From a virus (taxonomy: Duplodnaviria > Caudoviricetes), in the IMG/VR virus record IMGVR_UViG_3300016486_001578: a stretch of 64,000 bases of DNA; one strand, 5' to 3'. Numbering within the stretch: the first letter of the stretch is position 1; each line of letters begins with the position of its first letter. Under the pieces are notes generated by a model that saw only the letters and a program-made list of their open reading frames with translations, was not told where the DNA came from and made no database searches. Positions 1 through 9,300 of the stretch are shown piece by piece. A program made the position numbers and the translations under genes.

Positions 1-2
1 TA

Positions 3-137
3 TCTATGTCATTTATAAAAACAGATACGCCAATAATTGATTGTTTAAATTTTGCTGGAATAGGCACAAGAGAGCTAAGTGAGCTTGGTATGGATGCTAT
101 AATAAACGTATATAAAAAGACCTTTAATATTTCATAA
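3..137 (+). CDS. 3' end of a hypothetical protein running in from the left edge
   Basis: Open frame ...PIIDCLNFAGIGTRELSELGMDAIINVYKKTFNIS* from the window edge to TAA at 135-137. Confidence 0.5.
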   Translation, partial: SMSFIKTDTPIIDCLNFAGIGTRELSELGMDAIINVYKKTFNIS

Positions 138-153
138 TATCGATATTATTTAG

Positions 154-161
154 TATATTTG
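154..161 (+). promoter_or_regulatory. Bacteroidota-type -7 promoter box TATATTTG (representative copy)
   Basis: TAnnTTTG just upstream of ATG 167. Also at 3901, 30352, 59150, 60051 (+) and 30807, 31666, 35310, 41169, 54218 (-), each upstream of a gene start or leader. Confidence 0.65.
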
Positions 162-166
162 TATTC

Positions 167-802
167 ATGAGATACAGAAATTATAAGTATATTTATCCAC
201 CACGTCCAAAGAATGCTATTAGTCCTGATGATTTAGACTTTTGGGATGATGGTTCATTGATTGCTCAGCCAAAATTAAATGGCTCAAATTCTCTAATATT
301 CACAAATGGTGTTGATGCTTATAAAATGGGCCGACATAAACAAATTTTATCTAATTTTAAACTAGATAGTAACGAAATTAAAGATATTTATAGAGGTGAT
401 GGTTCTTGGATGGTTATAAATGGTGAATATATGAATAAATCAAAAAGTGATGAAAACCTAGAGATTTTCAATCATAAATTGGTGGTATTTGATATCCTAG
501 TATATAACGGAAACTATATGGTTGGTTCTAAATTTTCAGATAGAGTTGACTTAATGGATGATTTGTATGGTCAAGTAAAATCAGAAAAAGAATATCTTTT
601 CGGAATGACTGAAAACATTTATAGAGTAAAAACATATAGAAAAAACTTTAAAGGACTATTTGATAATTTTATTAAAATAGATATGTTAGAGGGTCTTGTT
701 ATGAAAAGAGCTAATGCTAGATTGGAGAGAGGAAATAGTGAAAATAATAACCACAAAACACAAATAAAATGCCGCAAGAAAACCAAGCTTTATAAATATT
801 AG
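167..802 (+). CDS. ATP-dependent DNA/RNA ligase-like nucleotidyltransferase (adenylation domain only)
   Basis: Ligase motifs I QPKLNG, III INGEY, IIIa VFDIL, IV EGLVMK, V KCRK; no OB domain. Confidence 0.7.
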   Translation: MRYRNYKYIYPPRPKNAISPDDLDFWDDGSLIAQPKLNGSNSLIFTNGVDAYKMGRHKQILSNFKLDSNEIKDIYRGDGSWMVINGEYMNKSKSDENLEIFNHKLVVFDILVYNGNYMVGSKFSDRVDLMDDLYGQVKSEKEYLFGMTENIYRVKTYRKNFKGLFDNFIKIDMLEGLVMKRANARLERGNSENNNHKTQIKCRKKTKLYKY

Positions 803-824
803 AAAAAACAGGGTTTTTTGTTTT

Positions 825-833
825 TAATATATA
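825..833 (+). promoter_or_regulatory. Putative phage late promoter motif TAATATATA (representative copy)
   Basis: Same 9-mer shortly upstream of starts at 6072, 11466, 14600, 31718, 41241, 44430, 55222, 60103, 61361, 62191 (+) and 5214, 25205, 30304, 51688 (-). Confidence 0.65.
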
Positions 834-876
834 ATAAAAAAGATAAAAGTATACTTAATAAAAATAAATTTACAAA

Positions 877-1092
877 ATGAAAAACCTAATGAAATTTGAA
901 AACTTTGGTAATAAAAAGCCAGATATTAATACTTCTAAAAAAATAGAAATATCAGAAGAACAAGCTAATCTTTTTTCCAGTGATGTAGTTTTAAGAAAAT
1001 TAGTATCAGATGATAAAGTATCATTAATGGGCACCGAAGTTTATTATGATGAAGATTCTGTTAAAACTATATTAGACCAATATTTTAATTAA
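877..1092 (+). CDS. Small hypothetical protein with MKxxxKFExF N-terminal motif
   Basis: ORF; starts MKNLMKFENF; late motif upstream. Confidence 0.65.
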   Translation: MKNLMKFENFGNKKPDINTSKKIEISEEQANLFSSDVVLRKLVSDDKVSLMGTEVYYDEDSVKTILDQYFN

Positions 1093-2389
1093 GGTACCGT
1101 TTGAGCATTGATTTTATCTCAACATTTAATGCCTTCGAATCCACATTTCCATAATCTCTAAAATATGGACTAAGTGAAATTAGATCCATTTCTTCTAGAT
1201 GATAATTTCTAAATACACCATCTATATCATCAAAATCACATAAATCATCATAATCCCATTCTTTTATCCAAGAATTATCAAATCCTATTTTATAATAAGT
1301 TTCTACTACATCATATTTTGATGTATGTTTTTTACCATCTGATCTTGTATATGTGATTTCTTTTTCTATGGTCTCTTCAAATTTTGTAAATTCAAAAATT
1401 TTACCAATCTCATCTTCAAATTCGGAAATAAGAGTATCATAGTTATCATCAACATGAGCACTCATTTCCCATTCAGCTATTGTTTGCTTTATATCTGTTG
1501 AAATCTCAGATTCATTACACATCAATTCTAGGGTTCTGTGAAACCTTTCTTTTGATACCAATTCTATAAACTTATCTTCATCTACTTCATCATTATATCC
1601 AATTATATCATTGTCTATTACAATATCTTCGCCCTTTATAGATTCCCATCCTCCTGATTCCTTTATCATAGCTCTTATTAGGTATTCTAAATTTTCTTTA
1701 TCTAGGCTATATAACATAGATTGTATGTCTGTTGGTATATAATAATGTGATTCATAACTATCCCACATAATATCTCTATTAATTATCATTTCTCTATATT
1801 GATCACTCTGTAACACCTCATTAGCTAGGTCTTCTTTTGATATCTTTAAGTAGATATTCCCATAGTTATCGGACATACTATATGACCATCCATAGTATTC
1901 AGCAACTTCTTCTTCTGTGAATTCATATAATTCTTTTTCACTAGCTATTATTGATATATAATCTCTTATTTCAAATGATTCGTCTTTAACAAAGATTCCT
2001 CCTTTAAATAATAAATTTTCTTTGTCTATGCCGTTTGGCCCATCACCATCCGCTATTTGCATCTTCCCTTCTAACTTAGATTCTATCATGTCATATATAA
2101 ATAGGAAAGAATCGGTTACATCAGCCCCTTTTGTTTCATTGTCTTCTGACCAAAATGATGTTTCATAAGCTACTGGGGTTTCTACGTTTGGTAATACCTT
2201 TTCTGTGAATTCATCATCATCATCTAAGAATCCAAAATTTATGCTTGTTTTCCATCCTTCATCCTTCATATCATATAATAGCTCACTTATGTCAATATGT
2301 TCTAATTTCCATATTTGTCCTATATCCCTTATCTCCTTTTTTGATTGTGTGGACTCTCTTATGAATTCGAGGTATTTAATTATTCTCAT
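1085..2389 (-). CDS. Acidic hypothetical protein, putative head-internal protein
   Basis: 434-aa D/E-rich ORF starting MRIIKYLEFIRES. Confidence 0.7.
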   Translation of the reverse strand: MRIIKYLEFIRESTQSKKEIRDIGQIWKLEHIDISELLYDMKDEGWKTSINFGFLDDDDEFTEKVLPNVETPVAYETSFWSEDNETKGADVTDSFLFIYDMIESKLEGKMQIADGDGPNGIDKENLLFKGGIFVKDESFEIRDYISIIASEKELYEFTEEEVAEYYGWSYSMSDNYGNIYLKISKEDLANEVLQSDQYREMIINRDIMWDSYESHYYIPTDIQSMLYSLDKENLEYLIRAMIKESGGWESIKGEDIVIDNDIIGYNDEVDEDKFIELVSKERFHRTLELMCNESEISTDIKQTIAEWEMSAHVDDNYDTLISEFEDEIGKIFEFTKFEETIEKEITYTRSDGKKHTSKYDVVETYYKIGFDNSWIKEWDYDDLCDFDDIDGVFRNYHLEEMDLISLSPYFRDYGNVDSKALNVEIKSMLKRYLN

Positions 2390-2403
2390 ACTAGTATATA
2401 TAA

Positions 2404-2434
2404 AAAAAGGGGGCTGATAATTCAGCCCCTTTTT
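2404..2434. terminator. Intrinsic terminator (bidirectional-type)
   Basis: AAAAAGGGGGCTGA-TAAT-TCAGCCCCTTTTT hairpin with A/T tails, right after the stop of the minus-strand ORF 2436-3302. Confidence 0.8.
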
Positions 2435-2435
2435 A

Positions 2436-3302
2436 TTAAATCATATTGAGTAATTGTGTTTTCTTTTCAGTAAACTCATCCTCGGTTAATATACCGGAAT
2501 CATATAGCTTTGATAGGCCCTCTATTGTTGATATTATATCTTCGACATTTTTATTTGGTGTTTTAGATAATTTTTTTGTATCTACTGGCATACTACTCTC
2601 CGGTAATATTTTTATAGTAGTTTTGGAAATTCTAAAATTCTCAAAATCCATATCCATAGTTTCGAATTTCTGTGATGATTTTTGACCACCTTCGACTCTT
2701 CCTGTTTCTACTTTATCCATGGATAAAGTTTTCTTAGATCTGGTAGATTTTGATTTAGTTTTACTAAGTGGGTTTGATAAATCAACATCGGTGTTCATGA
2801 TATTAGATGAATACATCGCATTTGTTGAGGTGGTATTTACCATATTACTTATGTTAGTATTGGTCCCATTCGTTTGATTATAATAAACTCCTTGTTCCCA
2901 CCAACCATTGTGATACGTTGGATATGTTTTTAGATTTATCCAATTTGTCCAATTTTCTTTTTCTATTATTTCTTCTTTATAGAATTCAACTTCTAACAGA
3001 CCATTTTTTTCTGTGGCACTAATAGAATCTTTCTCATTATCTACTTCATAAGTATTGAAAACGAATTTTTTATTACTTTCTATAAAACAATCTAAGTAGA
3101 ATCTTTGTCCTGGTCTTAATATTAATCCTGATTTGGAAATTAGTGACCCATTTAATTTTATGTTTGCTAAAACACAAGTTTTTAGTGGGTTAAAGAGTTC
3201 TATTTCAAAATACTCTTTGTCTTTTAGGAAAACTTTTCCTGATTTGATTGATTTTCTCCCTCTATCTTTAGATGAGACAATCCATGCTTTTGGTTCTTTC
3301 AT
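2436..3302 (-). CDS. Hypothetical protein with C-terminal SHOCT-like domain
   Basis: C-terminus LSKLYDSGILTEDEFTEKKTQLL fits the SHOCT pattern. Confidence 0.7.
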   Translation of the reverse strand: MKEPKAWIVSSKDRGRKSIKSGKVFLKDKEYFEIELFNPLKTCVLANIKLNGSLISKSGLILRPGQRFYLDCFIESNKKFVFNTYEVDNEKDSISATEKNGLLEVEFYKEEIIEKENWTNWINLKTYPTYHNGWWEQGVYYNQTNGTNTNISNMVNTTSTNAMYSSNIMNTDVDLSNPLSKTKSKSTRSKKTLSMDKVETGRVEGGQKSSQKFETMDMDFENFRISKTTIKILPESSMPVDTKKLSKTPNKNVEDIISTIEGLSKLYDSGILTEDEFTEKKTQLLNMI

Positions 3303-3409
3303 TATTTATTCTTTATTTTTTTGACCCATATCTTAATTCTTTAAAAATTTCAAAGGCACACTATTGATACCCGACATGAGTTATGAACAAATTTATATAT
3401 CACTTTCTA

Positions 3410-3862
3410 TCACTCCCCTTTTAAATTCTCTCCACATTTTGGACAAAACTTAAAATTATTATTCATATAACCACATTCTGTGCAAAACTCAGATAGAGTC
3501 GTTTCTTCTTTTTGGAATAATATAACATTTTTATTCGTCTTTTCGTTACTTGATATGGTATATGACCAACCATCTGGAGTAAGCGATGAGAATATCCTTG
3601 TTCTTTTTGCTCCTTGTACATGAGCTAATAATTTTTTTATACTTTTGTATTCTGTGAAAATTCTACAAACCTCTCTTATTGTTCTTATTATAGAAATGGC
3701 CTCATTTTTATTTGCTGAACCATCAATATTGTGAAATAAAAATGCCCATATTTCGTCCTTATTATTTATCTTCGTAAATCTAACTAAATATCTAGTATTT
3801 GATTCATTCGTTCTGAAGGAAAAGGCTCCTTCTGCTTTATTTATTTCTCTAATATTATACAT
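3410..3862 (-). CDS. Hypothetical protein with C-terminal zinc ribbon
   Basis: CTECG...FCPKCG. Confidence 0.7.
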   Translation of the reverse strand: MYNIREINKAEGAFSFRTNESNTRYLVRFTKINNKDEIWAFLFHNIDGSANKNEAISIIRTIREVCRIFTEYKSIKKLLAHVQGAKRTRIFSSLTPDGWSYTISSNEKTNKNVILFQKEETTLSEFCTECGYMNNNFKFCPKCGENLKGE

Positions 3863-3923
3863 GTTTCTCCTATATCCTTTTTATATCTATTATTTTTCCG
3901 TATATTTGTATTAAATATTATAT

Positions 3924-5000
3924 ATGAGCGTAAAAGATTTTGTATTCGAGACCTTTATAAGGTTAACATCTAGAACTTGTCCACATGGATTTGAGGACCA
4001 GTTGATTGAGGATGTTATGTCTAATTTATTACCAAATAATATAGAAAAAGATCAGTTTGGTAATTATTTCTATAAAATAGGAGACTCAAATACCATATTC
4101 GCATCACACCTTGATACAGTTTCAAAAGAATATAAGAAAGTAAATCACTTATTGGATGATAATCTAATAAAAACCGATGGTAAAACAACATTAGGTGCCG
4201 ATGATAAAGCAGGAATGACCATTATGTTATGGATGATTAAAAATGAGGTTCCTGGATTATATTACTTCTTCGTAGGAGAAGAAGTTGGTTGTATAGGATC
4301 TGGTCTTGCTTCTAAATATCTAAATTTAGGTGATAACTATGATAAAATTATATCATTTGATAGAAGAGGAACCGGATCTGTAATAACACACCAATCATAT
4401 AGTAGATCATGTTCTGATGGATTTGCTAACGACCTTTGTTCTGAATTAAATAAAAATGGATTATCCTATACAAAAGATGATGGTGGTGTTTATACTGACT
4501 CAGCAGAGTTTATGGATAGTATTTCTGAATGCACGAATATCTCTGTTGGATATTACAAAGAACACACAAATGGTGAATACCAAGATATTGACCACTTAAC
4601 TAAGTTAGCTGATGCTTGTTTACTTGTTGATTGGGAAAACTTATCAGTTATTAGAGACTTTAAAATAAGAGAGTCTAAGCCTTATAGTTATGGTGGTTGG
4701 GGTGACTGGGATGATTTCTATAGAGATGATCCTAAGCCAAAGAAGCGTAGAAAAAGAAGAAAAAATAAAAATAATTCTAAGCCAAGAGCCTTTATTGATG
4801 ATGGATCGGGTGGTCTAGAAGAAATATTTGATGAATTATTACAAAAACAAGATGATTATATCTGGATAATAAATAAATTCGACGGTGATGTTATCACCTG
4901 GAGTGATTTAGAAGTAATAAAAGATTGCTATTTACAGATGGATGATGAGGGTGATGTTATTTTTTATGAATTCTTAAAAAGTCAATTAGTAGACGTTTAA
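3924..5000 (+). CDS. M28/M20-family metallopeptidase
   Basis: SHLDTV, LGADDKAG, GEEVG and C-terminal EH metal ligands. Confidence 0.85.
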   Translation: MSVKDFVFETFIRLTSRTCPHGFEDQLIEDVMSNLLPNNIEKDQFGNYFYKIGDSNTIFASHLDTVSKEYKKVNHLLDDNLIKTDGKTTLGADDKAGMTIMLWMIKNEVPGLYYFFVGEEVGCIGSGLASKYLNLGDNYDKIISFDRRGTGSVITHQSYSRSCSDGFANDLCSELNKNGLSYTKDDGGVYTDSAEFMDSISECTNISVGYYKEHTNGEYQDIDHLTKLADACLLVDWENLSVIRDFKIRESKPYSYGGWGDWDDFYRDDPKPKKRRKRRKNKNNSKPRAFIDDGSGGLEEIFDELLQKQDDYIWIINKFDGDVITWSDLEVIKDCYLQMDDEGDVIFYEFLKSQLVDV

Positions 5001-5209
5001 CGGTAATTGTCTATTATTTTTGATGTTGTTATAACTTCCTCTGGAGCATTTTGTATTTCGGACTCTTCTATATCATGTGATATCCTCATAGACCTTTTTG
5101 ATATCTTTTCAACTATTTTAACTGGTGTTATCATAGAGTTGTACCAATACTCTATTAATACAATTTGCCCTTCTTCATAAAATGATTTATACTCTAGTAG
5201 AAATTTCAT
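4997..5209 (-). CDS. Small hypothetical protein
   Basis: ORF MKFLLEYKSF...; late motif at 5214-5222. Confidence 0.65.
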   Translation of the reverse strand: MKFLLEYKSFYEEGQIVLIEYWYNSMITPVKIVEKISKRSMRISHDIEESEIQNAPEEVITTSKIIDNYR

Positions 5210-5327
5210 AAGTTATATATTATAATAACAAAGTTATAAATATAAATTGTGGAATTTTTGATTTTTTAGAGCATCGGTAATATGGGTATGTTGTAAAAAA
5301 TAATATATTATAATAAAAAACGTTCAT

Positions 5328-6074
5328 ATGCGGAAAAAAAATAATTCAACCAAAAAAGAAGATTTCAAAGAAGATTTTAAACTAGTGCCGGAATTTAGCA
5401 TAAATTGTAAATTTAGAAATAAAAAACAAAAAGAATTATATAATACAATAATAGATAATCGAATAACATTTATAAGAGGAGCCGCAGGTACTGGTAAAAC
5501 ACTAGTCTCTTTGTTGACTGCATTAGGATGTTTGAAAAATAAAAGCATAAATATAGACCAGATAGTTTTAACTAAGCCCATTGTTGAAATAACATCTAGT
5601 CGAAATGGACTAGGTGCTCTACCTGGTGATGTTAATGAAAAAACACTGAGTTATTATACACACTTCTATGATAATCTAATAAAATTAATAGGCAATGAAA
5701 CAACAAAACATCTAAAAAGTAATGGATTTATTAAAGAAACGCTTTTAAATTACTTAAGAGGATCTACATTTGGTAAATGGGATTCCAATGGGAACCCAAT
5801 TGGCTCTTTCTGTATCTTTGATGAGGCACAAAATTGTTCAAGTGTTGAAATGAAAACATTTATATCCAGAATGGGTGAGGAATCTAAATTAGTTATAATG
5901 GGTGATTCTGACCAAATCGATTTAAAACTTGGTCGTAATGAGAAATGTGGATTAGATGATGCTTGGGATAGATTATCTGGAATAGATGGAATAGGTTTTT
6001 TTGAATTTACAGAAGATGATATAGTAAGAGACCCCTTCTTAATAGAAATAATGAAGAGATACAAAGAACAATAA
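5328..6074 (+). CDS. phoH: PhoH-family ATPase
   Basis: GAAGTGKT, LGALPG, YLRGSTF, DEAQN, GDSDQID, DIVR. Confidence 0.93.
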   Translation: MRKKNNSTKKEDFKEDFKLVPEFSINCKFRNKKQKELYNTIIDNRITFIRGAAGTGKTLVSLLTALGCLKNKSINIDQIVLTKPIVEITSSRNGLGALPGDVNEKTLSYYTHFYDNLIKLIGNETTKHLKSNGFIKETLLNYLRGSTFGKWDSNGNPIGSFCIFDEAQNCSSVEMKTFISRMGEESKLVIMGDSDQIDLKLGRNEKCGLDDAWDRLSGIDGIGFFEFTEDDIVRDPFLIEIMKRYKEQ

Positions 6075-6082
6075 TATATAGA

Positions 6083-6337
6083 TTGAAAATTATATTAAAT
6101 ATTTTGGAAAATCAAAAAATATCTGATAAAAAAAATAAATTGTTATATAAATTGATTTTCGCAGAGAGTGATGAATTTAATATAGATATTGCTGATTATG
6201 TGTCGGATATTTATGATTATGATGATTTTGTGTCGGATATCAAATCTATATTGAAAAAATCTAAGGTTGTTGTTATTAGTAGTGATGTTAAGCTTGATAG
6301 CAAAACAGCAATTTGGTATTTAAAAGTTAGGAAGTAA
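6083..6337 (+). CDS. Hypothetical protein
   Basis: 84-aa ORF (TTG start) after late motif. Confidence 0.6.
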   Translation: MKIILNILENQKISDKKNKLLYKLIFAESDEFNIDIADYVSDIYDYDDFVSDIKSILKKSKVVVISSDVKLDSKTAIWYLKVRK

Positions 6338-6341
6338 AATT

Positions 6342-9300
6342 ATGTGGGCATATAGTAGTGATTATAATAGGTGGGAGAAAAAAACTAATAATTTAAATTT
6401 AGATGAATTTCAATACTTTAAGCAAGAAATGGACTCATTTAGATTTTATTCTAAATGTTTAAGTGGTTCTTCTTATATACCAATTAATGATACTTCGGAT
6501 ATTTATGATATACTTACCGATCAAAAGCCAAAAAATTGGTATATTGGTAATACGTCCTCGCAATATTCTAGTTCTCAGATACCAAATGAGTATGCTGAAA
6601 ATATAATAGGAACATCATCTGAGTATTATAAAAAATACCTACCAGAATATGGATTAACTTTAAAGAATTTATTTACTCCTGAGAGAATAATAAAAGATTC
6701 TATAGATAATTTCATCTATGTTGACTTAGCTACAAATGAACAATTATCTGACTTATATGATGAGGTAATAAATAGAAAAATAGATGGTGTTAGGCTATTT
6801 GAGGGTAGCAGAGTACTTATTAAGAACCAAAAATCAAATGTTGTTATATCTAGTTCGGTTGATCCAGATGATTATTTTATTTCTGAATATACGGAAATAA
6901 ATACAGTTGGAACAAACACCGAATACGAGTACTACAATGAAGATAATGGAATATACATTTACTCTGATAATATATTAGTCAGAGAGAGTGACTTGGATAT
7001 TTATGAAAATTGTGTTAGGTTTAGTGTTTGTGTTAAGATGGGAACTAATAATGCAGGTAAACAATTCCATTTATCTAGATTATTAAATGGTTATTATCCA
7101 AATACATTAGAAAACAATCCTATTTTATTTAAGGAGAAAAAAAATTGGGTAATAAGAAATAAAGTTGATTATAATAATCTATTCGATATAAATTACTATG
7201 GTACACTAAAACACGGAACTCAATCTTATGAGTTGGGTGGTATAACCTACTCAATTCCAGAAAGGACAATTTCAATTGGTGAGTTTGGTGTAATTATAAA
7301 TAACCAATCATCATATTCTAATATTATTAGAAATAAGTATAAGGTTAATCTTAGAAGTATAGGCCAAACAGATGCTTATTATTGGATAGTTGGTGATGAT
7401 GGTACACTACTAAGGGTAAGAAAACATGATTTTAATATAGAAAATATAGAAGTTGATTGTAAGTGTCCTAGAAAAAATGTAACCACAAATTTAAGATCTG
7501 TTTCTTTTTTCAATAATCTAAATGGAGTAGTTGTTGGTGATCTAAATACTATATTAATAACAAATGATGGTGGTATAAAATGGGAAAGGCACTTAATAAG
7601 CGCCTTTGACGCTTTCTATTATAATAAAGTTTATTTTAATGATATTAATAATTTCTATATTGGTGGAAACAATGGCGTTTTTATACATTTTAAAAAAGAT
7701 ATAAATAATTGGACAGCATATAAAAGAAGAATATCTAAATTTATTGATGATGAGGATGAGTTTTTGTTGGTTGATAATATAAATGATATATTAAAAACTG
7801 ATGTTGATACTTGGTCACCCTATTATCAATTTTTTACACAATCTACATCGACTAACAAAGAGTTGTTATTTTTGGTAACTGATAATAATAATATCATTTT
7901 ACATGATATAGATAACTCAATTCCATTTCATACTGATTTTATGTATTTAGAAATGGATGATATAGATTATGGTGATATAAAGACAATCGAAAAAAGGTTT
8001 GGTGAAGATAAATTCTACTTTACTGGTTATGATAAGATCAATGAGGAATCTGGTATATTTTCTTTCCAGTTGTCTAATTTCGATAGTATAGGATTTGGTA
8101 ATTCATTTTCGAATAGGATATACTCGACATTCAGTGCTTATTTTGAGTCCGATAGTTATCCAAATGATATTTTTGATTATAAAGGTGATGAGCTAATTTT
8201 ATCTGGTAATAACTCAATGTTATTATCATCGACCTATAGTGCTACATTTAGCTTTTCTAATATAGATGATGAATTAGAATCTAGGTTAAGGTCAAAATTA
8301 TTATTTTTGGATTATGATGTAGCATCTAAATTAAACTTTTTTACAGATGAAGGAGAATATAGGCTACCAAGTTCTGTTGAATTTGGATTCACACAATCTA
8401 TAAATAATTACTTTGGTTTCGCCCCGATAGTACATCCGAGTGAATCTCCTAGTTTTTTGACACAATCGGAAATAAATTGGTGGGAATATTGGAGAGATTC
8501 TGAATCCACTTTTGAGTATTATTCTTATCCTCAACAAATGACAGATGCTACAAAGGTTTTAATATCTAGTTATTTTTCAACAACAGATTCTGATATTGAT
8601 GAGATGGTAATAAATACTATTTCAAAAAATTCATCTGATATATTAAATCTAGCACCGACTATATTGGATGCTGGACATAGTAGATTTAATGGATTACTTT
8701 CCTCCCCTATATCTTCTCCCATAATTGATTATGATATGTATTTATATGATTATTTGATGGTCATAAGAACCAATGCTACGAATAACTTAGTAGCTGAGGT
8801 TGGTGATATGATTAGATTAGAAAGTGATGAAGTTATGGATAACTTTTTAGTAAATAAAAAAATAACATTGGGTGCCAATTCATACATATATCTATTCTCT
8901 GAATTTAGCGATGGAGTAATTAATTCTTTGGTGAATTCTAGTAATATTGTAGTTAAGAATCTTAATAAATTCTCTGATATGATTGAACTAGAATATAGAT
9001 TTAATTTACACCCTATATCAAATGGTTATGATCTATATGTAGATGATCAAGATTTTGTTGAAATATCTGCAAAGTTTAATAATTTAACATCTTATTATAA
9101 CCTAGGAACACAAATATATGGCAACTTAGGAACACAATCAATGGTATATAAAGATAGATTTTTGAAATTCGGATATAAACCAACTTACAATTTATTGGAT
9201 TACCTAGAAGGAATAAATGATAGTTTAATAAATGCTAAATTCTCAAAAAATAAAGAATTTTTATCTATGCCTATTTATAATAATATTCCTGTTGGGTCTA